DNA from: Clostridia bacterium
GTDB taxonomy: Bacteria; Bacillota; Clostridia; JAAYHZ01
Assembly (NCBI GenBank): GCA_050950825.1
Contig: JBMNIH010000005.1
Span: forward strand, 1-64,000
Direction of reading: 5' to 3'
DNA length: 64,000 bases
This document shows positions 44,970-55,710 of the stretch, piece by piece (position 1 is the first letter of the stretch; each line of letters begins with the position of its first letter). A model generated the notes under the pieces. The model worked only from the letters and a program-made list of their open reading frames with translations. It was not told the origin of the DNA and made no database searches. The position numbers were made by a program, and so were the translations under genes.

Positions 44970-45197
44970 CTAATCAAACATCAACAATTTCGGATTAATA
45001 ATTAACTCTTTTTCAATTTGTGAAGCTATGCCGGTTATCGTTGCTACTCCATGGATTTCAAGAATTTTCGGCTCAGCTTCCAGTACTGTTCCATCTTCTT
45101 TACAATATCGGTTTGAATGAATTCCTATCCTGAGAAATCCATAATCCAATTTATCTTCATATTCAGATACCCCGGTATTTCCCACATTGTAAAACAA
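44970..45197 (-). pseudogene. short gene remnant of unknown family
   Basis: AT-rich 75-aa ORF with TTG start and no RBS; frame stays open a few codons upstream. Confidence 0.3.
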
Positions 45198-45355
45198 GCC
45201 TTTATGCCGGTAGCTTATTTTTTTACAGGCTCGGTCTTACGATGGCAGTTCTATCAACTATCAAAGGCAATAATTTGTTGATATTCTCATTCTCCAAAAT
45301 ATCTGTATGGAATCCTACAAAAGTCTTACCGCGTTATTATTAGCTCAGAATGAAC

Positions 45356-45386
45356 AAAAAAAGTCCACAGCGGCTGAAGCCGTGTG
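45356..45386 (-). terminator. intrinsic terminator
   Basis: CACACGGC-TTCA-GCCGCTGTG then T7 on minus strand. Confidence 0.7.
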
Positions 45387-45427
45387 AACCCATAATGTTA
45401 ATGTTGATATATTTCATTTATAAATAA

Positions 45428-46426
45428 CTATCTTGTTTGAATAGCAATTTCACTGCCGTCCTTAACGGGAACGGTAAAGCATAAACATGCTCCTCCCAAA
45501 GGATATGTGTTTGCGGTTTTATCGTCAACGGTTACGGTTATGGCTTCGGGAGTATAAACGCTCTTTAGAATAAAGGTCAGTTCTCTGCACATTACTTGCT
45601 CCGGCAGCCCTTTTATACGGATTTTGAATTTCCCCCGGTTTTCCGGGCATTTTTCTATTTCCGTATGCTTTCGCATATAGCGATAATCCACCACATCATC
45701 GGGATTGGCAAACCAGCAATCGTATTTTCCTTCCTCAACGATCGTTTCAAGTCTTTCTTTATGATGCTCGGCACTGCAATCTTTATAATCATGTACGGCT
45801 TTTTCCAAAGGGCAGTGCAAGTAATCTACAATCCATCCATTGTATTTTTTCGCTTGGTGAATACGTTTGTACGGATCAAAAGCGCTGTCATATAAATCGC
45901 TGAATTTTTCATGCAACGGCGGTCTGTTGATCCAAAAAAGATCCTCCGCATCGGAGTAATTCAGGTCGTCCGTAATACTCATTCCCGCGATATATCCGTA
46001 TTCTTTTGCTTTTCCTATAACCTCCGATGTCAGGTTTCGATTGCTTCCGGGGGATGTATAGATCGTCACTCTTCTTCCTATGACCCTTTCAAGCTCTTCT
46101 TTTGCCTGAAGGAGCTCCCTCTCCGGGTTTTCCATTACCATTCCGTGGCTCCAGGAATGACAGCCTACTCCCCACCCTCTTGACATAATATCGAGCAATT
46201 CATCCTTATCCATGTGTTTCATACCGTTAAACGAACTTGCTCCTATGTTTCGAATTATACCGATATGTCCCGATACCACCTCTACATGACCCGGGATACC
46301 CAGTCTGTCGTGCGTAGGGATTACGTACCTGTATAAATCCGATAACGCCTCATCATAGGAGGCGGAGTAGACCCATTCTTTGGCATACTTCCATAAAGCG
46401 ATTGACAGTTCAAGCTTATCTTTCAT
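45428..46426 (-). CDS. polysaccharide deacetylase (NodB-like) family protein
   Basis: SASYDE, GCHSWSH, SPG. Confidence 0.75.
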   Translation of the reverse strand: MKDKLELSIALWKYAKEWVYSASYDEALSDLYRYVIPTHDRLGIPGHVEVVSGHIGIIRNIGASSFNGMKHMDKDELLDIMSRGWGVGCHSWSHGMVMENPERELLQAKEELERVIGRRVTIYTSPGSNRNLTSEVIGKAKEYGYIAGMSITDDLNYSDAEDLFWINRPPLHEKFSDLYDSAFDPYKRIHQAKKYNGWIVDYLHCPLEKAVHDYKDCSAEHHKERLETIVEEGKYDCWFANPDDVVDYRYMRKHTEIEKCPENRGKFKIRIKGLPEQVMCRELTFILKSVYTPEAITVTVDDKTANTYPLGGACLCFTVPVKDGSEIAIQTR

Positions 46427-46472
46427 AATCGAACATCCCCCTTAGCGCCAATTACACCGGCAACATTTATCC

Positions 46473-47720
46473 CTATTTTTTATAATGCCTTTCGGCTACG
46501 TATTTTACGATCTCGTAAACGGTTTCGCAGTCTTGCTCCGTATATCTTTCGCATATGGTTGACCACCGAATCCAGTTATCAAGATATTTTTTTGCATTGG
46601 GACAGGTATCGCCTCCGTATTGATATTCACGTGAAGCGGGAGGCATGGAATACGGATAAATCTTTTTCTCCGCATACTCTTGAAGGAAAGTGCATGCTTC
46701 GGGCAAAAGGTAATAACGGCCGGTTCCGGCACCGGTGATGCCAAGATCCGCGCATTCTTTGGCAAAAGCATCGACCGTGCAATCGAAGATTTCCGGATCG
46801 ATTCGAAAACCCATCATCCAGCAGGACCATACTTCTTGGTACTCGGGAATCTTTTCGCAATAAATACCCGGTATCGTGTTTAGTTTTTCCGTAATGAGTC
46901 GCGCCGCCTTATCTCTTTTTGCCACATTATCCGGCAAAATTTCGAGCTGGGCCAAGTTTATGGCCGCCGTACAATTGGGCATACGAATTGCACTGCCGGG
47001 TACCGTATGCAAGCGTCCGAAGCCTTCCTTCATTTCCGCTCCACGGCTCTGGCAGCGGAACTTGGCATAGCCGGCAATAGTGTCGTTATCGGTAATGAAG
47101 CATCCTCCGATATCGGAGCCCATGGTTTTTTCTCCGTCGAAGGAAAAAGCTCCGGCATCACCGATGGTTCCTGCAAACCTTCCTTTGTACTTGCTTGCCA
47201 CGGCTTGGCAGGCATCTTCGATAACAAGCAGACCGTGTTTTTTAGCCAACTCCATAATAGGATCCATATCGCACATTAAACCCATCTTGTGCACCACGAC
47301 GATTGCACGTGTTCTGTCGGTAATACAGGGCTCGATGGTCTCGGCACTGACATTGATGCTGTTCGGAGCCGTATCCGCAAATACGGGAATGCAATTGTTT
47401 TTAATAAATCCCATGATGGTGCCGTAATCGGTAACGGGGCTAAAGATGACTTCGTCGCCCGGATTGAAATTTAAAGCCTCGGCAAGAGCCAAGATGGCAT
47501 TGGAGCATCCGGGAGCGGAAATACAGTATTTTACTCCCATTGCTTTGCAGAATTCTTTTTCAAAACGGCCGACCATATCCACCGTAAGTCCGCCGTCAAT
47601 AATTTCTTGCAAGTATTTCATGGCATTCGGTCCGATGTTTCGAGGAAACGGTGTCGGAAGCTTTCCTTTGAGATCCTTGTATGCGGCAAAACCGAACTTT
47701 GCATTGTTGTTTGTGTTCAT
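46473..47720 (-). CDS. DegT/DnrJ/EryC1/StrS PLP sugar aminotransferase
   Basis: IEDACQA, FSFDGEK (PLP Lys); start at ATG 47720 (GAGGAGG). Confidence 0.92.
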   Translation of the reverse strand: MNTNNNAKFGFAAYKDLKGKLPTPFPRNIGPNAMKYLQEIIDGGLTVDMVGRFEKEFCKAMGVKYCISAPGCSNAILALAEALNFNPGDEVIFSPVTDYGTIMGFIKNNCIPVFADTAPNSINVSAETIEPCITDRTRAIVVVHKMGLMCDMDPIMELAKKHGLLVIEDACQAVASKYKGRFAGTIGDAGAFSFDGEKTMGSDIGGCFITDNDTIAGYAKFRCQSRGAEMKEGFGRLHTVPGSAIRMPNCTAAINLAQLEILPDNVAKRDKAARLITEKLNTIPGIYCEKIPEYQEVWSCWMMGFRIDPEIFDCTVDAFAKECADLGITGAGTGRYYLLPEACTFLQEYAEKKIYPYSMPPASREYQYGGDTCPNAKKYLDNWIRWSTICERYTEQDCETVYEIVKYVAERHYKK

Positions 47721-47787
47721 AAATGAAATCCTCCTCTTTACATATAATTGCGATGGTTGTTCTTTTACATTCCCGATAGAAAGCTCT

Positions 47788-48699
47788 TTACTCTTTCTCA
47801 TAAATGATGGGATTTTTTAATTTCCACTTTTTCTCTTCGTCTTTCTCGCATATTTGACCGTAGAGCTCGGGTCTTCTCATGCCGAGAAAGCATTCCTTTA
47901 ACGTGGGCATTTCCAGCTTTAAGTCTCCTTTTGCCCAGTATTCATACAATTGGTCCAAATCCACCGTTGCGATGGCATAGCCGGGAAGATGGCTCGTATC
48001 GGCACGGGTTCTGCCGTAAGGGTCTACGATTCTTGAGTGTCCCGGATGCTTTCCGGAAAGATAGGGAACCTGGACGAAATGGCTGGTTATGACGTAATAT
48101 TGATTATCGACGGCTCTTGCATTGACAAGGCTTTCGCACAAATTTCCCGTATAGTCCATCCAGCCGGCAGGATGTGCGACAATATCCGCACCGTTAAGTG
48201 CCATAATGGTCCACATTTCCGGATAGTGAATATCCATGCATAGGGCAACGCCCAGCTTCCCGATATCCAAATCCATTACCGGGAATTCATCGCCCGGGGT
48301 AAAAAACGCTCTTTCTCCGGGGTAGAGATGAACCTTTCTATACTTTCCTACATAACCGCCTTTTCTGTCGAGTACAACGGCTACGTTATAGTATTTGTCG
48401 CCGTCGACTTCAACCGCTCCGTAAACCAAATTGCTGTTTAATTTTCTAGCCAGCTCGGACATTTTGGCTTGTAGAGGTGCATCCGAGTCGGGGATTCTTT
48501 CCGCCATTTTTCTTTTCATCTCGTAATTTAGCTGTGCATGGGCAAAGTATTCGGGTAGAACCATCAAGTCCGGCTTTTCATTTGCCGCTTCCGTTAAAAT
48601 TTGCTCCGCGCTTTCCACCATGTTATTATAGTACTCCATGCCGGACAGCTTATTATTCAGGATCATGGAAACCGTACCCAATCTCACTTTTCTGCTCAT
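47788..48699 (-). CDS. carbon-nitrogen hydrolase (amidase/carbamoylase-like)
   Basis: LPEY, YRKVHL, LCMD..YPE, ARAVDNQ. Confidence 0.9.
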   Translation of the reverse strand: MSRKVRLGTVSMILNNKLSGMEYYNNMVESAEQILTEAANEKPDLMVLPEYFAHAQLNYEMKRKMAERIPDSDAPLQAKMSELARKLNSNLVYGAVEVDGDKYYNVAVVLDRKGGYVGKYRKVHLYPGERAFFTPGDEFPVMDLDIGKLGVALCMDIHYPEMWTIMALNGADIVAHPAGWMDYTGNLCESLVNARAVDNQYYVITSHFVQVPYLSGKHPGHSRIVDPYGRTRADTSHLPGYAIATVDLDQLYEYWAKGDLKLEMPTLKECFLGMRRPELYGQICEKDEEKKWKLKNPIIYEKE

Positions 48700-48913
48700 C
48701 GACCGATACCTCCTATCGGAATGATAATTTATTTTATATATCGTTATTTAGAGTTCCCTTATCGTTTGTATCGTAAATATCGTGTGTTCATTTGAAAGCA
48801 ATTATTTTGAAAGAAAACAGATCCGTAATTTCATTGTGTTATAGCACAATTATAATGGAAAGGCCGTTAAAGAATACAAAGAATATTGCTTTTCATGTTA
48901 GAAAAATTGCTTA

Positions 48914-49792
48914 TTATTTATATACAATGTCTTTTCTGTCTTTTAAGTAAAAGTATAAATTGGGCTCGTATTTTTTTGCATATTCGATGGGTGTTATGGA
49001 CTCTTTTTGATTGAATACCCGGCTGAAGTATCCGGGGTCGCTAAAGCCCACACTGTAAGCGATCTGCGATATATTCAAGTCGGAATACATCAATAATTCT
49101 TTCGCCTTCGAAATTCTTAAGGCGGTAAAATGCTTCATGGGAGTCGTACCGTAGTGCTTTTTAAAGCGCCGGCAGAAATGATACTTGGACATATTCGCGA
49201 TTTTAGCCAGATCCTCTAAATCCAAATCCATAGTCAAATTGTTCTTCATATATTCCGCCACATGATGTAAGCTCTTTATATCCGGTGAATTTTTATGGGC
49301 TGCCGTATTTCCGCCGTTCGTACCGATTACATTGCTCCTATGAATATTGAAATTATTGCTCTTTTGTCTTAATAAAGACAGCAATATTTCCGTAAACTGC
49401 AGATTGATGAAATCCTCAAGATACGGTTCTTTTTTCATTCCCTCGTGAATGAAGTTTTCAAGCTTATGTCTAATATCAAGTCTCGACAGCCTTATTTGAT
49501 GCGGCAGCCGATTCAAATGAGAAGCCAGCTCTTCATTATTCACTTCAAACTTGATTTCAATGACTCGCATGCCGTCCTTGCTTTTTGTTTCAAGACCGTG
49601 TGTTATGCCTTGATGCGTCAGATAGAAATCATTTTCTTGGACGATATATTCGTTTCCGGCCACCGTGATTTTTCCGGTGCCGCTGAGGACATAGATATAG
49701 TGGTAATAGGAATGCTTATGGGGCTGCAGTCCCAAACCGATCCTGTAGCTTTCTTTTGAAAACCATATAACATTGACACCGAAATCCAGCAT
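48914..49792 (-). CDS. AraC-family regulator
   Basis: HKHSYY cupin; IAYSVGFSDPGYFSRVF. Confidence 0.92.
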   Translation of the reverse strand: MLDFGVNVIWFSKESYRIGLGLQPHKHSYYHYIYVLSGTGKITVAGNEYIVQENDFYLTHQGITHGLETKSKDGMRVIEIKFEVNNEELASHLNRLPHQIRLSRLDIRHKLENFIHEGMKKEPYLEDFINLQFTEILLSLLRQKSNNFNIHRSNVIGTNGGNTAAHKNSPDIKSLHHVAEYMKNNLTMDLDLEDLAKIANMSKYHFCRRFKKHYGTTPMKHFTALRISKAKELLMYSDLNISQIAYSVGFSDPGYFSRVFNQKESITPIEYAKKYEPNLYFYLKDRKDIVYK

Positions 49793-50166
49793 ATCGATAC
49801 TTCCTCATTTTCGATTAAAATCATCGGATAATAAAACAGACGGCTTTTATATATTTTACACCATGAAAAGCGAAATTTTCAGGAAAAAATAATGGATATA
49901 CCGGAAGAAATAGCGATGAAATCAATTTAAAATGAATGTAAAAATAAGGGGGTTACCCCACGATTCGCTCCGAAGCATTGTTCCTTGAAAACTTTATAAA
50001 ATTCATAAATCGCTTCAATATATCGAGATCAACGAAGGCATATTTCAAATAAACAAAAAAGAAGAAGGGGGTACCGTTATTCTTGGGATCGTATGGACAA
50101 ATTTAAAAATTTGTGTTCTGATATATACATATTGTCCGTATGGTTAACCGGCAGGTAGGTATAAGT

Positions 50167-51360
50167 ATGGAAAGAATAAGCATACAAGAAGGATTTATTA
50201 AGGATAAGAATTGGATTATCGGCCCGAGTATCGTCCGTTGCTCCAAAAAGAATGCACCCGGCTACGGCTCGCTTTTAATGATTGCCACGCTCAGCGACGG
50301 CAGCGACAGCGGCGCCGTAACCGCCCAGTGGAGAAGCGAGGATGGCGGCAAAACCTTTACTCGTGAACGGGATATGGAGTATTCTTACGTGTGTGACGGT
50401 AACGGCAGCCGTATTAAAATAGGAGACGGCAGTTTGTATGCCGACGAGGAACACGATGTTATTCTATACATCGGAAACGATGCCTTCTGGGAGAAAAACG
50501 CCTTTGAAAGCACTAAAAGGTGCTATTTACCGTATTACCGTTTGTCCTATGACAACGGCTATAGCTGGACGGAAAAAAAGTTTATCATTACGGAAGGCAT
50601 GACACCGCAAAACCCGATTCCCGATGTCGTTTACGGCCGCAATATGACATTGAGCTGCCAGCCTGTCATTATTCGCAGCGCCGACGGCGCACTGCTTGTG
50701 GGGATTCACACCCAAATCGTCAACGAAAACGGTCGGCTTGTAGAGCCTTCGGGATTTCACTTTTTTAAAGCGGGTGCGCTTCGCGGAGTTTGGAACGGAA
50801 ACGGATACTCTTGGTCATTCGGTCAATATGTCAGCGTCGCAGCGGACATTTCTTCACGGGGCGTATTCGAGCCCATGTTCGTAAGGCGCAAGGGAAACGG
50901 CGTTATGATGATCATGCGTTCCAGCAACTCCCGTTTTACGGATACCATGATCCCTTGTAAGTACTACGCGCTTTCCGATGACAACGGTATCACATGGTCA
51001 CAAGCCATGCCCTTGCTCTATGACGACGGTACGGTGATGTATTCGTCCTCGAGCATCTTAAAGCCTCTTGTTCACAGCAACGGTAAGGTTTATATCTCCT
51101 GCGTTATCACCGAGCGCAACGCGGTAGATGGCAACCTGCCGCGTTATCCTTTATGTATTGCGGAGCTGGACACCGATTCTTGTACCGTTCTTCGGTCAAG
51201 CGTCCGCATCATCGATACGAAACGCGCCGAATATGCCGACTACACCAATCATTGCATTTTTGAGGAGCCGGATACCGGAAAAATTATCGTGCTTGCGCCG
51301 TTTTGGCTGCACGGTCCCGGATCGGATATGATTCTCAACCGTTACGAGCTCTCGCCGTAA
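50167..51360 (+). CDS. BNR/Asp-box sialidase-like beta-propeller
   Basis: SEDGGKTF, SYDNGYSW, SDDNGITW; no signal peptide. Confidence 0.75.
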   Translation: MERISIQEGFIKDKNWIIGPSIVRCSKKNAPGYGSLLMIATLSDGSDSGAVTAQWRSEDGGKTFTRERDMEYSYVCDGNGSRIKIGDGSLYADEEHDVILYIGNDAFWEKNAFESTKRCYLPYYRLSYDNGYSWTEKKFIITEGMTPQNPIPDVVYGRNMTLSCQPVIIRSADGALLVGIHTQIVNENGRLVEPSGFHFFKAGALRGVWNGNGYSWSFGQYVSVAADISSRGVFEPMFVRRKGNGVMMIMRSSNSRFTDTMIPCKYYALSDDNGITWSQAMPLLYDDGTVMYSSSSILKPLVHSNGKVYISCVITERNAVDGNLPRYPLCIAELDTDSCTVLRSSVRIIDTKRAEYADYTNHCIFEEPDTGKIIVLAPFWLHGPGSDMILNRYELSP

Positions 51361-52139
51361 CGCTTCCTGAATTTCAAAGGCGGTGTTGAATACGTTTTCG
51401 TAAAGTTGTCGTAGAAGACGGATAAGCTGTTAAAGCCGCATTCAAACGCTATTTCCGTGACCGGCTTATCCGTAGTCTTTATCAGCATTACGGCCTTCGA
51501 CAATCTCCGCTTGTTTATATACTCCGTAACTCCTACGCCAAGCTTCTTTTTAAAATAGCTTGAAAAATAACCGACACTCATGTTGACGGCACCGGCAACA
51601 TCCTCCAATGTTATCTTCTCCGATAGATGGCTATCAATATAGTCAAGGGCGGTGCGAAGCGTTTTATCGTCCGACTTGGATATTCCTTGTATCGGAATGA
51701 AACGCCGAATGAGGGATGTCGATAAATTTACCAACAAATTGTTAATCACCAAATCGCATCCCGGTTTTTTCTCGTTGAATTCGTTATAGAGGGTTTCAAA
51801 CAAAACCGATAAATCTTCGCTTTTTCCGTTATACAGGATAGGTATGGCGGGGTATTGGTTGCCGTAGAGTATGCGAAAGTATTTTTCCAATTCATTACCG
51901 TAGGAACTAAGTGACAGCATGTAGGGATAGTAGCCCGCCGAATATACGATCGTTTCCGTTATCGCAAACCATGTGTGGGGTATATAGGCATTGATCAAAA
52001 TGACATCGCCTTCTTTTAACTCATACTGCTTGTCCTTAAAGCAATAAAGAAGCTTACCCTGTTCCGTTTGTTTTTGACAGGCCGAGAAATTCAACAGCAA
52101 GGCAACTATTAAAATAATAGCTACAAAAACTTTTTTCAT
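51342..52139 (-). CDS. AraC-family regulator fused to a lipoprotein signal peptide
   Basis: MKK + hydrophobic core + FSAC, then partial cupin and intact HTH (IAFECGFNSLSVF). Confidence 0.75.
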   Translation of the reverse strand: MKKVFVAIILIVALLLNFSACQKQTEQGKLLYCFKDKQYELKEGDVILINAYIPHTWFAITETIVYSAGYYPYMLSLSSYGNELEKYFRILYGNQYPAIPILYNGKSEDLSVLFETLYNEFNEKKPGCDLVINNLLVNLSTSLIRRFIPIQGISKSDDKTLRTALDYIDSHLSEKITLEDVAGAVNMSVGYFSSYFKKKLGVGVTEYINKRRLSKAVMLIKTTDKPVTEIAFECGFNSLSVFYDNFTKTYSTPPLKFRKRYGESS

Positions 52140-52571
52140 CCTCTATACCTCCTTACGGTTATGCGTAGTGTCAAAAATTCCGAATGGAATTTGACCTAAG
52201 ATACCTAATTTACTAGCTTTCACTAGATATGAACCTTCGACGACTCCCGCAATGCAGATCCGATTTCCGGCTTCATCTTTCGGTTTTTCCTATAAAATTT
52301 TCAAAGATCTATACTTTGCCTTTCATGTTGTTAATATCCTCTATATTCATTCTAAACAAGTCTATTCCTTATTTCTTCCGGCTTGTAAACAACTATTTCC
52401 TGAAAATTTAGCTTTTTATAAAAAATCACTGACCGGATTTCACAACAAAACTACGGATAGATTCTTTTTTCATTGAAAATGCGTTTAAAAGAAACGGAAG
52501 CGGAAAAAGCCGAAATCCGAAACGATAGAAATGTCATAAATCGAGTAAATAGAAGAAAACAAACCTTACAT

Positions 52572-52633
52572 AACCGGTCCGAAAACCGATAATTCGGACC
52601 GGTTTAAAAAACCTCATGAATTCATGAGGTTTT
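52572..52633. terminator. two tandem inverted repeats (terminator region)
   Basis: AACCGGTCCGAA-N9-TTCGGACCGGTT and perfect palindrome AAAACCTCATGAATTCATGAGGTTTT. Confidence 0.75.
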
Positions 52634-52643
52634 GATAAGGCTT

Positions 52644-53747
52644 TTATCGTAACATGGCGCTATTGTTGAATACCATGGTGTTGTACAGGAATAAAACGTC
52701 GATGTCTTTCGAAAAGTCCAAACGGTCTCCCAAAAGTTCATAGGGAATGTAGCGAATATCCACGAGGGTGATTTTCGAATACCCGCATAACAAAAGGGGT
52801 GCTATGCTGCTTCCGAAAGAATCTCGAAAAATAATCAATTCCTTGCCGGATGTGTTGGAAGGGTTTTCGATTGTCAGTATGGTTCTTGCACCGGATAAAA
52901 ATACGTCGTAAGGGTCGTAGCCTTCGAATAATTCCGGCCTGTAAATATCGGTGTATTCCTTGGTTTCGTAATCGTATACGGTTGCCCGATCCAAGTACGC
53001 ATGAGTTAAATATGTCAACGTATCGGGTTTTGTTTTTATAGCCGCTTGGCCGTAATAGGAGCCGTAGAAAGGATAAAGCTTTTGCTTTTCATAGGTAAAG
53101 TCCGAGGCCTTTTCCTCTCTTCCTAGGGTCTTTAAAATAAGGTCCGCAACGGGAATGATTTTTTCCTGATCCCAATGAATATCGGTAAGATAAAACATAT
53201 CCTTGTCCATGGCATCAAAAAGATCGATATAGGATATATCCTTTATATTCTCCTTTATCAATTGCTCCATTTTCTCGTAATCAAAGGACAAGGATCCGTT
53301 TAAAGGAGCGAAGAAGTAGTTTTTATCCGGTATGACGGCCACAAATACGTTTTTGTCTTTGAAATATTTTTCTTTAATCTTGTTCAGCTTTTCCGCTCCT
53401 CGTATAACCGATTTTTCATCCAAAGGATACTCCATTTTGTTTATGTTTCCGTTTGCGATATAAATCTTGTTGTTATCTTTTTGGAAAAACAAATGGTAGC
53501 GGCTCCACGCCTTAACTCCTCGGAAAAAGTCCCTTAACACAAACTGATCCAAGGTATACTTTTCAAATTCGTCAAACCAGTCTCCCGAGAGCACGCTTTT
53601 TATCGTAACTTTAGGAAAGGCCTTCAGCTTTCTTCGTTCGCTTTTGGAAAATTCAAGGTCGGGCGAAACAATATTGACAAAAGCAAAGCATATCAAGGTT
53701 AAAGAAAATATGACCGTAACTACCCAACTCTTTATTTTCTCTCTCAT
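52644..53747 (-). CDS. DHHW/AlgJ-like SGNH O-acyltransferase partner
   Basis: N-terminal TM, TDIHW, RDSFG. Confidence 0.85.
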   Translation of the reverse strand: MREKIKSWVVTVIFSLTLICFAFVNIVSPDLEFSKSERRKLKAFPKVTIKSVLSGDWFDEFEKYTLDQFVLRDFFRGVKAWSRYHLFFQKDNNKIYIANGNINKMEYPLDEKSVIRGAEKLNKIKEKYFKDKNVFVAVIPDKNYFFAPLNGSLSFDYEKMEQLIKENIKDISYIDLFDAMDKDMFYLTDIHWDQEKIIPVADLILKTLGREEKASDFTYEKQKLYPFYGSYYGQAAIKTKPDTLTYLTHAYLDRATVYDYETKEYTDIYRPELFEGYDPYDVFLSGARTILTIENPSNTSGKELIIFRDSFGSSIAPLLLCGYSKITLVDIRYIPYELLGDRLDFSKDIDVLFLYNTMVFNNSAMLR

Positions 53748-53770
53748 AAAAATCACTCCTTTCCTAAAAA

Positions 53771-55174
53771 TTAAAACCTGAAATACAAAAAGGGATTAAA
53801 GGACCCGTCGACCAAATGACCGGTCACTAAAAGCATCATGGCCAACAGGAAAACAGGTTCCGCAAAGGTCATTACGTACTTGCCCGCTTTTTTTTCTTTG
53901 AGTCGGCGAAAGGCTTTTGCCGCCAAAGGCGTCGCCCCGATGGCTGCTATTAAAAGAACGATTCCGTAGCTTCGTAAATAGTACACGGTTTCTATCCCGG
54001 AAAAAGGTATATTCAAAAGGCCGAACATGCCTTTTAAGTTCCTTATGCTTTCTTCCAAGGAATCGGCATTAAAGAGCACAAAGCTTACGGTAACGGCAAA
54101 GAGCGTATAGACTCTTTGAACAATGGCCGGTGCTTTTTCCAAAAAGGCTTTGAAAACATATTTTTCAAGTATCAAGAGGACGGCAAAGTACAAACCCCAA
54201 AGAATAAAGTTCCATTGGGCGCCGTGCCAAAACCCGGTTAAAAACCATACTACGAATACGTTGAGAAACCATCTTAATACCGGAACCCGGTTTCCTCCCA
54301 TGGGAATGTACACGTAGTCGCGAAACCAAGTTCCCAAAGAGATGTGCCATCTTCTCCAAAACTCCGAAACGCTTTTGGATATAAACGGGTAGTTGAAGTT
54401 TTCAAGAAATTTAAAACCGAATATTCTGCCTAATCCGATGGCCATATCGCTGTATCCCGAAAAATCAAAGTAAACTTGGAGCATAAAGGATACGGTCATG
54501 ATCCAATAAAACAAAACGGTTTTTTCGGTTGCGTTCAAAAAATGCGTTCCTAACTCTCCTAAGGTATTGGCCAAGATCACCTTTTTCGAAAGCCCGATAA
54601 TAAATCGCCGCACGCCTTCCGAAAAGCCTTCCAACGTGTGTTTTCGACTTTTAAGCTCCTCTTCGATTGTGGTGTAGCGAACAATAGGTCCTGCAATCAA
54701 CTGCGGAAACAAACACACGTAAGTCAAAAAATCAAGTACGTTCTTTTGAACCTTTGCATCTCCGCGGTACACGTCGATCACATAAGACAGGATCTGAAAC
54801 GTATAAAAGCTGATTCCGATGGGCAATGCCAATTTTAAAAGGGGAATTTGGGTATTTAATAATCGGTTGGCGTTTTGTATGAAAAAGTCCGTATATTTAA
54901 AGTAGAGTAAACCCGCAAGGCTGAAAAAGATAGAGGAAGCAAGAGGCAGCTTGCCGCCGCCCCTTGCTTTTGCCTTTTCGATCCATAATCCGTGGAGGTA
55001 TCCCGATACCGCCGATACAATCATCAACAGAACATAGGTCGGTTCTCCGTAAAAGTAGAAAAACAAGCTGGAGAATAATAATACCGTGTTTTTAAATTTG
55101 TTAGGTACGATAAAATACAGGATCAGGACCGTCGGCAAAAAATAGTACAGAAAGCTTATACTTGAAAACAGCAT
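53771..55174 (-). CDS. MBOAT O-acyltransferase (AlgI/PatA-like)
   Basis: PIGISFYTFQ, DFSGYSDMA, FWRRWHISL, FWHGA. Confidence 0.93.
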   Translation of the reverse strand: MLFSSISFLYYFLPTVLILYFIVPNKFKNTVLLFSSLFFYFYGEPTYVLLMIVSAVSGYLHGLWIEKAKARGGGKLPLASSIFFSLAGLLYFKYTDFFIQNANRLLNTQIPLLKLALPIGISFYTFQILSYVIDVYRGDAKVQKNVLDFLTYVCLFPQLIAGPIVRYTTIEEELKSRKHTLEGFSEGVRRFIIGLSKKVILANTLGELGTHFLNATEKTVLFYWIMTVSFMLQVYFDFSGYSDMAIGLGRIFGFKFLENFNYPFISKSVSEFWRRWHISLGTWFRDYVYIPMGGNRVPVLRWFLNVFVVWFLTGFWHGAQWNFILWGLYFAVLLILEKYVFKAFLEKAPAIVQRVYTLFAVTVSFVLFNADSLEESIRNLKGMFGLLNIPFSGIETVYYLRSYGIVLLIAAIGATPLAAKAFRRLKEKKAGKYVMTFAEPVFLLAMMLLVTGHLVDGSFNPFLYFRF

Positions 55175-55177
55175 TTA

Positions 55178-55672
55178 TTAGTCTTTCAGCGCCAAAAATG
55201 CTTGGTGCAGTTCTTGCGCATTGGTATTGCTCATCACCAAGAAGATGACATCACCGATGTTGTCGACGATCACATTTTCTTCGTCAACGCCTACGCAAAT
55301 CCATTTTCTCGGGTCTACATTTTTCTTTATATCGGCCTTCATTTGCTCAATGTCGGCTCCTTCTTTAGCACGGACTAAGCATAAAGAATAAGCGCCGGGC
55401 TGCATGATGGGTTCCGAAGCAATGGCTTCTTCGTATTCCATTTCTTCGACTCCAAGATGATACTTGATGTTTTCTTCCGTAATTTCTTGGACCATCAGTC
55501 CCTCTTCAACGAATCTCTTAAAGGAGTCGTCCAACTCCGCCGTTTCGTAGATTTTGTCCAGAATGTCTTCCAGACTGCCTTCCAAACCGGAAGGTTCGGT
55601 ATTTTCGGATTTGCAAGCGACAAAGCTGAATGCAACCGATAAAGCAATCAATACCAAAATTAGTTTTTTCAT
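55178..55672 (-). CDS. lipoprotein associated with the MBOAT operon
   Basis: Lipobox FVAC; DPRKWICV. Confidence 0.8.
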   Translation of the reverse strand: MKKLILVLIALSVAFSFVACKSENTEPSGLEGSLEDILDKIYETAELDDSFKRFVEEGLMVQEITEENIKYHLGVEEMEYEEAIASEPIMQPGAYSLCLVRAKEGADIEQMKADIKKNVDPRKWICVGVDEENVIVDNIGDVIFLVMSNTNAQELHQAFLALKD

Positions 55673-55710
55673 TGTATTTCTCCTTTGATTTAAAAAATTG
55701 ATTACGTTAC

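Noticed and set aside
45361-45390. Hairpin resembling an IS200/IS605 end (CACGGCTTCAGCCG)
   Set aside because: No tnpA/tnpB nearby; position and T tract fit a terminator
52200-52480. Short ORFs upstream of the AraC chimera
   Set aside because: Interrupted by stops with no identifiable family; at most a decayed remnant
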